Part shown: piece after piece, positions 19,998 to 28,430 of the stretch
How the letters are laid out: each line of letters begins with the position of its first letter
How positions within the stretch are numbered: position 1 is the first letter of the stretch
Assembly: GCA_038064675.1 (NCBI GenBank)
Contig: JBBTSM010000002.1
Location: 6,507-70,506, forward strand
DNA length: 64,000 nucleotides
Direction of reading: 5' to 3'
From: Patescibacteria group bacterium
Lineage (GTDB): Bacteria; Patescibacteriota; Patescibacteriia; UBA9934
Made by a program: the position numbers and the translations under genes
Notes under the pieces: model-generated
The model's input: the letters and a program-made list of their open reading frames with translations, nothing else
What the model was told of the DNA's origin: nothing
Databases searched by the model: none

Positions 19998-21665
19998 TTA
20001 TACAAATACCCGTGTTTCACCCCTTATTGGTAGTACTATACGCCCGCATATTGGGGTTTTCTTGCCTCCATTCCGATGGCATATAGCTGTTTTAGCTCTC
20101 CCACGAGCTGGTTCCAAAACTCTACCGATTGGCTCACCAAAAGCTTCTCCGTCGAATATGACGGGGATGTTTTTGTTATGGACGAATTCTTTGCAGAGAT
20201 AATCAAGCGGAGCATTGAGAATGGCCTTGTAAAGTTTGCCGTCGCGCACGATGAGGTCTTTGAAGACGATGGCGAGGATCTGACGCTTCAACGGCTCAGG
20301 AGCCCGTTTGTAGGCCTTAGGGAGATCACGAATGAACGCCACTGCTCGCTCCAGAATTTGAATGGCCGATTGGATCATTGTTTGGTTCGCCTCCAGCCGC
20401 GCTTTGCAGCGAGCCCGATCGGAAGAAACTTCTTCACGGATGGTTTCGTAAATTTCCTCACTGAGTTTATTTTCCAGATACTTGTTCACGAGCGCCCGCT
20501 CTTTAGCGTCCAGCTCTTCAATCTTTCGCGTAAGCTCCCGACGCTCTTTCGTCACGGACGTCTGTTCTCGCTCGTGGATTTCTTGCAGCTTCTTCTCAAT
20601 GCGCCCAACGATGCGTGCGGGCAAACGCACCACTTTCAACGCTTTCAAAACTTCGCCCTCCAGCTGGGTCGTTTCAACGTAGGACTGCGAGCAGAAGACG
20701 GGGTGACCTTCCCGTTTCTTGGAGCAGCGGTAATAAGAAATTACTCGACCCGAGGAAGTCGTCTGTTTTTCGTAAGTAATACCACCGCCACACTCCCCAC
20801 AAATCATAATCCCGCGAAGCAGAAAAGCGTTCTTTCGTTTCTTGCTGCGTCCATGCACTCGATCTTCCAAAGCAAACTGGACGCGCTGAAAAAGTTCTCG
20901 GGAAATGAGAGGCACGTGCGATCCCTTCGCTTCAACGCCATTCCAGCGGATGGAACCGATGTAGAAGGGATTTTTGAGCATGCGGCAGATAACCGAACCG
21001 GATAGCGGCTTATCGACACGCCCCTGCCGAATGCCCTGCGAGTAGAGCCACTTGGTCAACTCGATCGCTGTGTATTGTCCGGTCGCAAACATTTCAAAGA
21101 CCTTTACCGCAAGGTCGCGCGTCTTCGGATCGGGGGCGACATACTTTCTTTCGATGCCGTCGGAGTCGATCTCCTTCACGTTTTTGTAGCCAAATCCAGC
21201 TTTGGTATTCCAAAGTCCCTGCTGGGCACGCTGGTTCATGCCCTTGAGCACGTCTCGGCCAAGGTTGAGTGACTGGTACTCCGCCATTGCAGCAAGAATG
21301 CCCTCTGTGAATTTTCCCTCCGGTGTCTCGTCGATGTTTTCCGTGGCAGAAATGAGCTTGATCTTCTTTTTGCGGAGAGTTCCGACAATGGCCGCATGGT
21401 CGATGGTGTTACGCGCAAGACGGCTGACTTGGTGAACGTATACCGCGTCGATACCGCCCTGTCTGCAGCGATCTAATAGCGCCTGAAGACCCGGCCGAGC
21501 GTCAGTACGCGCAGATTCTCCCTCGTCACGAAATATGTGCCCAATCTCGTAGCCATCAGCGGCGGCACGCGTTTTGCAGACCTCCTCCTGCGCGGGCAAG
21601 GAAAATCCCCGCTCGGCTTGCCGGTCGGTTGAAACACGTAAATAGAGAAGTGCTATTTTACTCAT
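19998..21665 (-). CDS. large serine recombinase 2
   Basis: YLRVST, DEGESART, VSRLARN, CGECG...YYRC Zn ribbon, coiled coil. Confidence 0.93.
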   Translation of the reverse strand: MSKIALLYLRVSTDRQAERGFSLPAQEEVCKTRAAADGYEIGHIFRDEGESARTDARPGLQALLDRCRQGGIDAVYVHQVSRLARNTIDHAAIVGTLRKKKIKLISATENIDETPEGKFTEGILAAMAEYQSLNLGRDVLKGMNQRAQQGLWNTKAGFGYKNVKEIDSDGIERKYVAPDPKTRDLAVKVFEMFATGQYTAIELTKWLYSQGIRQGRVDKPLSGSVICRMLKNPFYIGSIRWNGVEAKGSHVPLISRELFQRVQFALEDRVHGRSKKRKNAFLLRGIMICGECGGGITYEKQTTSSGRVISYYRCSKKREGHPVFCSQSYVETTQLEGEVLKALKVVRLPARIVGRIEKKLQEIHEREQTSVTKERRELTRKIEELDAKERALVNKYLENKLSEEIYETIREEVSSDRARCKARLEANQTMIQSAIQILERAVAFIRDLPKAYKRAPEPLKRQILAIVFKDLIVRDGKLYKAILNAPLDYLCKEFVHNKNIPVIFDGEAFGEPIGRVLEPARGRAKTAICHRNGGKKTPICGRIVLPIRGETRVFV

Positions 21666-21865
21666 ACGTTATTGGGTGAATTATGCGGTTATTTTTGAAT
21701 TCACGAAAGCCACGTTTTTCACTGCGGAAATTCCCGAGAAATCACTGCATAATCTCCGGCCATTTCACTCCAAAAATCACTGGAAGAATGTCCTTTCGAC
21801 AAAAAGAAAATCGCATAAGTAAGCCATGAAAATCACTTTTCCCCTTATCCAACTTTCTGGAGTTT

Positions 21866-22459
21866 TCAATCAGGAGTTTCTGCAGTGCCCGCAGAAAAGT
21901 TTCCGCAGTCCCGAGTGTCGGTTATTGCGGCACGTCGTGCCTCGGCTCCTATGAGATTTTTATAGGTGAATTTTTCATCATCCCCGCCTCCATATGCGAC
22001 CCATCGCTTCTGATGGGGGACAAAAAGAATCACCTTGCCGTCAGGGAGAGCTTTTGCCGGATCCTTTCCAAAACGTAAACCTCCTTTGTTTACATATTTC
22101 TTATTCACTACATCTTGTTTGTATTCGCCCTGCCGAAGGGGAGGTACTCGCTCACCCGAATACCCCCCTTCGCCCTGCCGAATGGGTGTATGAGGAAAAA
22201 CATATCGGTTCACATGACCGGCTGTACGGGCCACACTCAGCCACCCTGCCTTTTCTAGCTTTATGACTGACTCGTAGAGGCATGTGAGGCCAATTTTATT
22301 CTTCGTCTTCTTGCGGAGTGCTGCATTGGAAGGATTGCATTGCCCAGTTCTGCCATTACGAAAAGATTGCAAAACCCCATATACCCAGTAATCTCGAAAG
22401 CTGAGATCTGGGTCGAGGGCTATGCCGTGAGGGTTCATTGAAAATCCTTTATTCTCCAT
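21866..22459 (-). CDS. HTH_36-type phage/plasmid replication-initiator-like protein with internal iterons
   Basis: 'DPDLSFRDYWVYGVL...CNPSNAAL...KLEKAGWL...NRY' wHTH; repeated RQGE from DNA repeats. Confidence 0.65.
   Translation of the reverse strand: MENKGFSMNPHGIALDPDLSFRDYWVYGVLQSFRNGRTGQCNPSNAALRKKTKNKIGLTCLYESVIKLEKAGWLSVARTAGHVNRYVFPHTPIRQGEGGYSGERVPPLRQGEYKQDVVNKKYVNKGGLRFGKDPAKALPDGKVILFVPHQKRWVAYGGGDDEKFTYKNLIGAEARRAAITDTRDCGNFSAGTAETPD
22124..22182. repeat. three iteron-like 14-bp repeats (putative origin)
   Basis: TTCGCCCTGCCGAA (22124), CTCGCTCACCCGAA (22147), TTCGCCCTGCCGAA (22169), next to an AT-rich tract at ~22085-22123. Confidence 0.6.
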
Positions 22460-22469
22460 ATTCTTCTGC

Positions 22470-22742
22470 TCAAATTCCGTCGTAGAGGATGGACTTCAAC
22501 CGCTTAATCGCATTTACAAATGCAGGAGCGTGAACCAGCGCGTCGTGCCCAAGAGTAAACTCATTAGTCAGACGTCTTACATCGCCATCGTCCGCAAAAA
22601 TAAACGTCGCTCGGCTACCGTCTCGCTCGCAGTTCACGATGCGCTTACCGTGGGCAAGGAGATATGCCGCGAGGTAAAAATTACTCGTTGGAAACTCCAC
22701 GATCTCTGTTTTCATACGTATTCTGATCCGGCTGCCGTGCAA
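22470..22742 (-). CDS. DUF5659-like small protein
   Basis: 'FPTSNFYLAAYLLAHG...RATFIF...AIKRLKSILY'. Confidence 0.6.
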   Translation of the reverse strand: MHGSRIRIRMKTEIVEFPTSNFYLAAYLLAHGKRIVNCERDGSRATFIFADDGDVRRLTNEFTLGHDALVHAPAFVNAIKRLKSILYDGI

Positions 22743-22819
22743 TCAAATAAAGCGCCTCGGCGAGTTGCTCGATGAGCTGGTCTTCGGCGCTTTGTTGTGC
22801 GGCATCTGGCTTGAACATA

Positions 22820-22845
22820 AGGGCTACTCAACAAAGAGTAGCCCT
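22820..22845. promoter_or_regulatory. perfect 10-bp inverted repeat (operator or terminator)
   Basis: AGGGCTACTC-AACAAA-GAGTAGCCCT. Confidence 0.45.
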
Positions 22846-22880
22846 ATGCCTCCTATGACTGGTTTCACCAATTCACGAAA

Positions 22881-23576
22881 TTAGTGAAACCGCTTTTTTG
22901 CACGATGTTTTTGCAGCTTTATGCGTTTGACCTCGGCATCCTCCTTTGCCTTTGAAGGAAATTCGTCGTCTACGTTCATCTGGGCGGCGATGTCGCGATT
23001 GGTTTTGATCATTGCTATCGGTTCGCCCGTATCGCTGTCGATGCCGTTGATGACGCCCTTTTGATGATGTAGCTTGAGAACTTTGGCATTTTCTTCGGCA
23101 TTGGGTCGACTTCTTGGGCTTTTATGCCCCATAGCTTCGTGAATGTCTTTTACGAGCTTATCACGCAGGCGCTTCTCTCCAGTTGCGAGTGGCATATCTT
23201 CAGCGTGTTCAATACGTTTTGAACCGGCGGTGATAGTGACGGAAAAGTTTCCCGGAATATGGCGGATCTTATTTAGCACGAGAAAATACCGCACTGCATC
23301 GTGATAGTTTTCAGCGAGCTTTAACTTCTCCAGCATGACGCGGATAGCGCATTTCAGTTCCATGTGCCGACGCGCTACATCGGCCATTGGGATTCCGTCT
23401 GGGCGAAGCCAAACGGCAGCGGCTGGTGCCGTTTCAAAACCCTCAGCGGGTATGCCAATACTCGTGCGCAGCTTCTGTGCAATCGCATCTCCATTACAGT
23501 AAGCCAACCGCTCAACAAAACGTTGGCGGTTTATTTCCGTGGCCTTTTCAGCCAATTCTAAATCCTTATTCTTCAT
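22881..23576 (-). CDS. hypothetical basic protein, possible regulator
   Basis: 231-aa ORF with an HTH-like C-terminus 'TNRDIAAQMN'. Confidence 0.6.
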   Translation of the reverse strand: MKNKDLELAEKATEINRQRFVERLAYCNGDAIAQKLRTSIGIPAEGFETAPAAAVWLRPDGIPMADVARRHMELKCAIRVMLEKLKLAENYHDAVRYFLVLNKIRHIPGNFSVTITAGSKRIEHAEDMPLATGEKRLRDKLVKDIHEAMGHKSPRSRPNAEENAKVLKLHHQKGVINGIDSDTGEPIAMIKTNRDIAAQMNVDDEFPSKAKEDAEVKRIKLQKHRAKKRFH

Positions 23577-23626
23577 ATTCTCGCCCTTGCTTACCAGTGT
23601 AATTCCTGTAAACTATCCTTACAATC

Positions 23627-23812
23627 TGCCTAAACCGGCTTCGGCCGGCATGGCACTAAATCCACGCAAATAGAGACGGTCTCGTGACCGGCCCATTTGC
23701 GTGGTTCGTATTCGAAAGAATACGAGGCGGCTCCGAAAGGTGTCCGTCGCCGGCTCGCGGAACCTTTTGTGTTCCGCGACCCCAAGAAAATAATTCGTAA
23801 AACCACGCAAAT
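23627..23812 (+). ncRNA. candidate structured RNA leader or riboswitch
   Basis: five hairpins, C(UUCG)G and two GAAA tetraloops, CCUAAA/CAUGG receptor-like motif, alternative 12-bp pairing next to the ATG. Confidence 0.55.
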
Positions 23813-24313
23813 ATGTCAGACGCAACGAGACCGATCTACCGAATGTGGTGGTTCTGGGTCGCGGCAGTGTTCGTTTTTCTAATGATCGTCGGCGCGATGT
23901 CGGGTGGATCCACGCCAACCAACGACAGCACGTCACAAGAGGCCACAACCCCGATAGTGAACGGCGAGCATTTGCTCGGGTTGACGATTGACGAGGTGCG
24001 CGAGGAGATGGGAATCCCTGATGACGAGAGCACCATGGACCCGACCGCGCAGCAGCTAGCGCTTGGTGGCACGAGTACGTGGACGAACCAGTACACGGTC
24101 AGCGATCACACTATCGTGCTCGATTTCGATATGAAGTCGCGGCAGGTCACCGGCTTCTTCATTGGCACCGACGAGAAAGACGGGATTACGCGCGACTGGA
24201 AGGCACTGCTCCCGCTTAGTGGTCTTTCTGAGGACGCGCAGGGATACTCCATCAAGCCAATCGGTGCGCTCAAGAGTCCCGGCTTCTACACCGGAGTGCA
24301 GGCGACGGAATAG
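23813..24313 (+). CDS. membrane-anchored hypothetical protein
   Basis: 'PIYRMWWFWV' N-terminal TM, Ser/Thr linker, globular domain. Confidence 0.7.
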   Translation: MSDATRPIYRMWWFWVAAVFVFLMIVGAMSGGSTPTNDSTSQEATTPIVNGEHLLGLTIDEVREEMGIPDDESTMDPTAQQLALGGTSTWTNQYTVSDHTIVLDFDMKSRQVTGFFIGTDEKDGITRDWKALLPLSGLSEDAQGYSIKPIGALKSPGFYTGVQATE

Positions 24314-24333
24314 TGAAAACACTGCTTAAATCC

Positions 24334-25767
24334 CTACATGATCAAGTGATCAAATTTGGCTTTTAACTTTTCAAATAATGCCTGATCTCCACCCTGTTGC
24401 TTAGCTTTAACAAGCTCAAAAACATCCTCATCATCAAGCGGAATCATAAACCCGCGGTCATCAACCGCAGTATCCTTGCAACGCTGCAAAAGGAGAGTTT
24501 TGTTTTCAATTTTTCTACAAACAAGAAAACCAAACTTTCCCCGACTAGGACCAAACCGGCCAGACAGTTGGTCGATCTCTGGATTGGCCGGATCGTCCGA
24601 ATAGTTTTTACATTCAACAAAAACCATTTGAGCGGGGTAGTGACTACCAAGCCAGTGAAAGAATCCGTTACTCATCACATTAACATAGCTGATGTCGATT
24701 CTCTTTCTACCGCTGTGGAGCTCGTGCTGAACATGTGGGTTGGTGAGTGCAGGATAAAATAAGGCCGAAAGCAAAGCTTCTATGGCTTTTTCGTACCGAT
24801 CTGCTTCCGCATTGCCGACCTGTGTCTGTTGTACCTCGCCGATTAGAGCATCCCAGTCCGGCAAAACTGATCCTTCAATAGCGGCAAGCTCAGAATGACT
24901 CAATGGAGGCGAAATATGTCGCTTCACTTCTTCTCGATACCGTTTCAGGATCGCGGGGTTCCTCAGAGTTTCCCGCGCGTTTACTGCCTTGCCAAACCCA
25001 TATTTTTCTTTTACCGATTTTTTGGTGACTCTTACACCACCCTTTTTAAGTACCTGTACCAATGAAGAGTTGGCAGAGATTTCTTCACGTTGCAGGTGTG
25101 GAATGATGTAATCGCGAAAATACTTATCAGGATTGTAGTTCAAGTCCTGACGTACAATCCCTTTTGGCACAAGAAGAAGCCGACCATCGTTCACCGTTGG
25201 TAGCCGAGCGTATTCAACTTTCCATGAACGACTCGCAGGATCCCACAATGGGCCAGAAACCACGTCGTCCGTAAGGGGTATTCCGTAAGTTTCGCACATT
25301 TCCTGTGTGTAGCGAATCAGGAAAGGCCTAATAAGGTTCGTTGTTATGTCGGAGACGATGTCAACGTCAATTCCAGGTACCATCAAAACGGTTTCTTCGA
25401 GATCTTCCAATAACCCTGTTTTAGCCGCTTCACTTTTGCTTAAAGCATCCCAAACAGTTCCCGCTAAAAGGTTGCCCATCCCTCGGCCGTGCGAAACTCC
25501 AACCGAAAGCCCAAGATGTGTTTCATTAGGTTCCCCCAGTGAAGAAAGCAAGCGCCTTGCGTTTTCATGATCACCGCTCTGGATAGAAGAAATGACGGCC
25601 TTAAAAAAGTTCTGGATGATGGAGATGCACTCGCTTGCCCATACCGAGGAGAGGAGCTTCAAAGAAAGCGGGTCAACAAAAAGAGGGGTGTCATTGACGA
25701 CATCCACGTCCACGAAATCAAGGGTTGGTTGACTTCGACCTAAAGAAAAATGCTCAGAAATTCTCAT
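24334..25767 (-). CDS. putative PD-(D/E)XK restriction-endonuclease-like protein
   Basis: C-terminal 'YEKAIEALL...RIDI...VFVECKNY...EIDQLSGRF' nuclease signature; AT-rich; no methyltransferase nearby. Confidence 0.65.
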   Translation of the reverse strand: MRISEHFSLGRSQPTLDFVDVDVVNDTPLFVDPLSLKLLSSVWASECISIIQNFFKAVISSIQSGDHENARRLLSSLGEPNETHLGLSVGVSHGRGMGNLLAGTVWDALSKSEAAKTGLLEDLEETVLMVPGIDVDIVSDITTNLIRPFLIRYTQEMCETYGIPLTDDVVSGPLWDPASRSWKVEYARLPTVNDGRLLLVPKGIVRQDLNYNPDKYFRDYIIPHLQREEISANSSLVQVLKKGGVRVTKKSVKEKYGFGKAVNARETLRNPAILKRYREEVKRHISPPLSHSELAAIEGSVLPDWDALIGEVQQTQVGNAEADRYEKAIEALLSALFYPALTNPHVQHELHSGRKRIDISYVNVMSNGFFHWLGSHYPAQMVFVECKNYSDDPANPEIDQLSGRFGPSRGKFGFLVCRKIENKTLLLQRCKDTAVDDRGFMIPLDDEDVFELVKAKQQGGDQALFEKLKAKFDHLIM

Positions 25768-25814
25768 GCTTATTCTTAGTTCGGCGAACCTAGTTTTTTG
25801 GGAATCCGCAGTCC

Positions 25815-26648
25815 CTACGCTTGCGGAGGTTGGTACCCCAGCTTATAGAGCGCTCCATTGAGCGACCCCTTATGCCCCGCAATTTTTTCTTGCCAAGCTT
25901 TTATCAGGGAATCATCTAAAGATTTCATGAACTCAGTGCGGATTTGTTCGTTCCCCCACTCGACATAATTGAGAATCTTTTCTTCAGTTAGATTGGAAAA
26001 GATCTTTGATCTCGCGTAGACAAAGAGTGGCCCATCGTTCGCGGAAATCGCTCCTCTCGCGCTATTGAAAGTTCTAATTTTGCCTCGTAGCTCTAGGTCT
26101 ATTTGGCTCCCTTTGGCTAGCGCCTCGTCAGCAATCTTTTTGAACTCCAAAAGGCGATAGAGAAGCATCGAGTCGCTGGGCTCTGCGGCCTTTGTGATGT
26201 TCTCAATATGCTTCAGTACAAGATTATAAACTCGGTTAATCGGCGTTCCGTGAAGATAGAAGGTGGCCCCTTCACTTTCGTCCATGACCCATGGCGTGGC
26301 TCCTTTGCTCAACTCCATCTGGAATTCTGGCTCGAAGACGGACTTAATCCAGCTATGTGCTTCTCTAGCGGCTCTAATTCTTTCGACGTTAACGGCGAAG
26401 AGATGTTGAATAAGAATCATTGCCAAGGAGACGAACAGGGTGACGAATCCGGCACCAATCAACTCGATAATCAAGGATTCTCGAAAGGAGCTTGAAAGTG
26501 ACGTCCCTCTTCCAAGGAAGTAGACGATTGTCGTTAAAAACAAAACGAATCCAACGATCAGTAAAGTGATTTTTGTTTTCTCTCCAACTTTCATAGCAGC
26601 TTTACTCAAAACTGCCTTTATTCTCTCATAAAATCTAGGAAATTTCAA
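25815..26648 (-). CDS. hypothetical protein with two N-terminal TM helices
   Basis: two hydrophobic segments then a helical domain; AT-rich; co-oriented with the nuclease gene. Confidence 0.65.
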   Translation of the reverse strand: MKFPRFYERIKAVLSKAAMKVGEKTKITLLIVGFVLFLTTIVYFLGRGTSLSSSFRESLIIELIGAGFVTLFVSLAMILIQHLFAVNVERIRAAREAHSWIKSVFEPEFQMELSKGATPWVMDESEGATFYLHGTPINRVYNLVLKHIENITKAAEPSDSMLLYRLLEFKKIADEALAKGSQIDLELRGKIRTFNSARGAISANDGPLFVYARSKIFSNLTEEKILNYVEWGNEQIRTEFMKSLDDSLIKAWQEKIAGHKGSLNGALYKLGYQPPQA

Positions 26649-26790
26649 TCATGGGTGCGTTGTGTTAACAACAAACCCCGCGTCGAGAACGACACGAGCG
26701 CGCCGTCCTCGAGGGGAGCGGGGCTTGTCGTCTCACGCGGGGCGAGAGAAGGGTACGCGTTGTCACACTGCACCCGAGGTGCGAGGCCGA

Positions 26791-27312
26791 TCACCACACG
26801 TTCGCGTCTCGCATGGCGGCGATCTGGTCGCGGAGGCCTTCGTTGTTGCTGGCCGCGATGATGCGCTCGACCAGCTCGTCGTCCATCAGGCCGAGCTCCC
26901 TCGCCGCGAGCACGCACACGGCCTCGTCCTCCTCCTCGCTGAACCCGGAGAAGGAGAAGATCATGTCGTCCGCGAGGGCGATCGCGCCGCCGTAGGCGCG
27001 GTCACGCTTGTCGGGCGCGGTCACGTCGCGGGTCTGGAAGCTGGAGACGTGGTCGGGGTGGCGCGACAGGCGCTCGGCCTTCTCGAGGGCGTGGTGGGCG
27101 TACTTGCGCACCTGCTCCCCGGAGGGGCGACGCACCTCGAAGCAGATGACGCACGGGATCTCCCCGCGTCGCCAGTAGGCGAAGAAGCCGCCCGTACGGG
27201 TACGGTCACGGATCGCGACGAGAGGGCCGATGCGTCCTGCGGCGTGGAGAACGGCGAGATCGAGCCGTCCTGCGGCTTCGGAACGGGAACAGGCGCGGAG
27301 AGGGAGTTCCAA
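26791..27312 (-). CDS. hypothetical protein, weak GlcG/HbpS-like C-terminus
   Basis: 'YGGAIAL..MIFSFSGFSEEEDEAV'; GC-rich; start uncertain. Confidence 0.45.
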   Translation of the reverse strand: MELPLRACSRSEAAGRLDLAVLHAAGRIGPLVAIRDRTRTGGFFAYWRRGEIPCVICFEVRRPSGEQVRKYAHHALEKAERLSRHPDHVSSFQTRDVTAPDKRDRAYGGAIALADDMIFSFSGFSEEEDEAVCVLAARELGLMDDELVERIIAASNNEGLRDQIAAMRDANVW

Positions 27313-27501
27313 GAGTCCTCCAGAATCGGAAGAGGGTGGATGCCATTCGCCCCAAGACAGGGCTATTGCGAGCGCAAGTTAGCAAAAAGTCGCCGTTTTG
27401 TCTACACGACGATAGCAAGGGAATCAAAATTAAACCGCAGCAGCAGGAGCTTTTCCTTGTTTTTCAGGAGGTATTCGGTTAACGATGCTTTAGGTTCACC
27501 A

Positions 27502-27535
27502 CAAGAAAACCACCCTTTATTGGGTGGTTTTCTTG
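27502..27535 (+). terminator. intrinsic terminator, probably the original tRNA-Glu terminator
   Basis: CAAGAAAACCACCC-TTTATT-GGGTGGTTTTCTTG directly after TCACCA. Confidence 0.75.
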
Positions 27536-27652
27536 TGTGTATAAAGGATAAAACCGATCGTGTTAGGGGACTCTAAAAGCAATAGCTCCTTTAAACATTT
27601 GTCCATTTATCCACCGTGCTCATTGGTGTGGTTTGGTAGGATGTTTCCCAAT

Positions 27653-28396
27653 ATGTCAGCTGATCTCCTTTCGCTGCTTACTGCAGCCACCTTTACTCCG
27701 TCTGAAGCGAAAACGTATCTTACCGGCCTTGAGCTTGGGAGCGCGACGCTTTCGGATATTGTGAAGCGTGGAGGGATTTCGAAAACTTCGGCGTTTGAAG
27801 CGCTTGAATCGTTAAAGGATCGAAAGCTCGTGCGTGCAACCCGCCAAAAGGGTCGGGTCATTTATCGAGTCGCTGATGCAGGGAAAGTGGTGGACGTGTT
27901 ACGCGCGAAAATTGCAGAACAGTCCACGACGATCGATGACGTGGTGCGTGCATTGCCGTTATTTACCGCGCTGCAAGGTGGCACACAGCCTTCGACGATG
28001 ATTTACGAAGGCATTGATGCGGTTCATGGATATTTTGCGCATTTAGAAAAAGTTCAGCCCGATACACTGGATGAAATCGCGAATGGTGATGATATTTATA
28101 CGTGGATAGACCCTGAAGAAATTCGCAAAGCAAGGAAGTTATATCGATGGATTCCAAAACACCCAAGGACGCTGTATGTTGGTACGCCAAAAAACTGGAA
28201 TCCAAAATTTGCGCACCGCGTATTGAACAAGGCGTGGGGGACGTTCCGCGGGAATTTGGCGATTTACGGAAATTTTGTCTCCGTACTAACGTACACCACT
28301 CGACCGATTACGATTATCATCGAAGCAAAGGCGCTCGCAGATTCGCTTCGACTGTTGTTCGGAATCGCATGGCGAGCGAGTGACGACCCGAAATAA
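27653..28396 (+). CDS. TrmB-family transcriptional regulator
   Basis: 'SEAKTYLTGLELGSATLSDIVKRGGISKTSAFEALESL', 'YEGIDAV', 'IYGNFVS'. Confidence 0.85.
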   Translation: MSADLLSLLTAATFTPSEAKTYLTGLELGSATLSDIVKRGGISKTSAFEALESLKDRKLVRATRQKGRVIYRVADAGKVVDVLRAKIAEQSTTIDDVVRALPLFTALQGGTQPSTMIYEGIDAVHGYFAHLEKVQPDTLDEIANGDDIYTWIDPEEIRKARKLYRWIPKHPRTLYVGTPKNWNPKFAHRVLNKAWGTFRGNLAIYGNFVSVLTYTTRPITIIIEAKALADSLRLLFGIAWRASDDPK

Positions 28397-28426
28397 AAAA
28401 CAACCGGCTGTATGCCGGTTGTTTTT
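28396..28426. terminator. bidirectional terminator
   Basis: AAAAACAACCGGC-TGTAT-GCCGGTTGTTTTT between convergent genes. Confidence 0.75.
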
Positions 28427-28430
28427 ATGG

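Larger units (their letters stand above)
15964..20139. mobile_element. integrative element 1 (~4.2 kb, serine recombinase) at the tRNA-Glu 3' end
   Basis: TCACCAAA at 15964 and 20134; the recombinase gene reads through the left junction. Confidence 0.8.
20134..27501. mobile_element. integrative element 2 (~7.4 kb; serine recombinase, rep-like gene, nuclease cargo)
   Basis: TCACCA at 20134 and 27496; right end followed by a strong terminator; AT-richer cargo. Confidence 0.78.

Noticed and set aside
15929-27501. Intact prophage, retron or DGR
   Set aside because: No capsid, terminase, tail or reverse-transcriptase motifs in any ORF.
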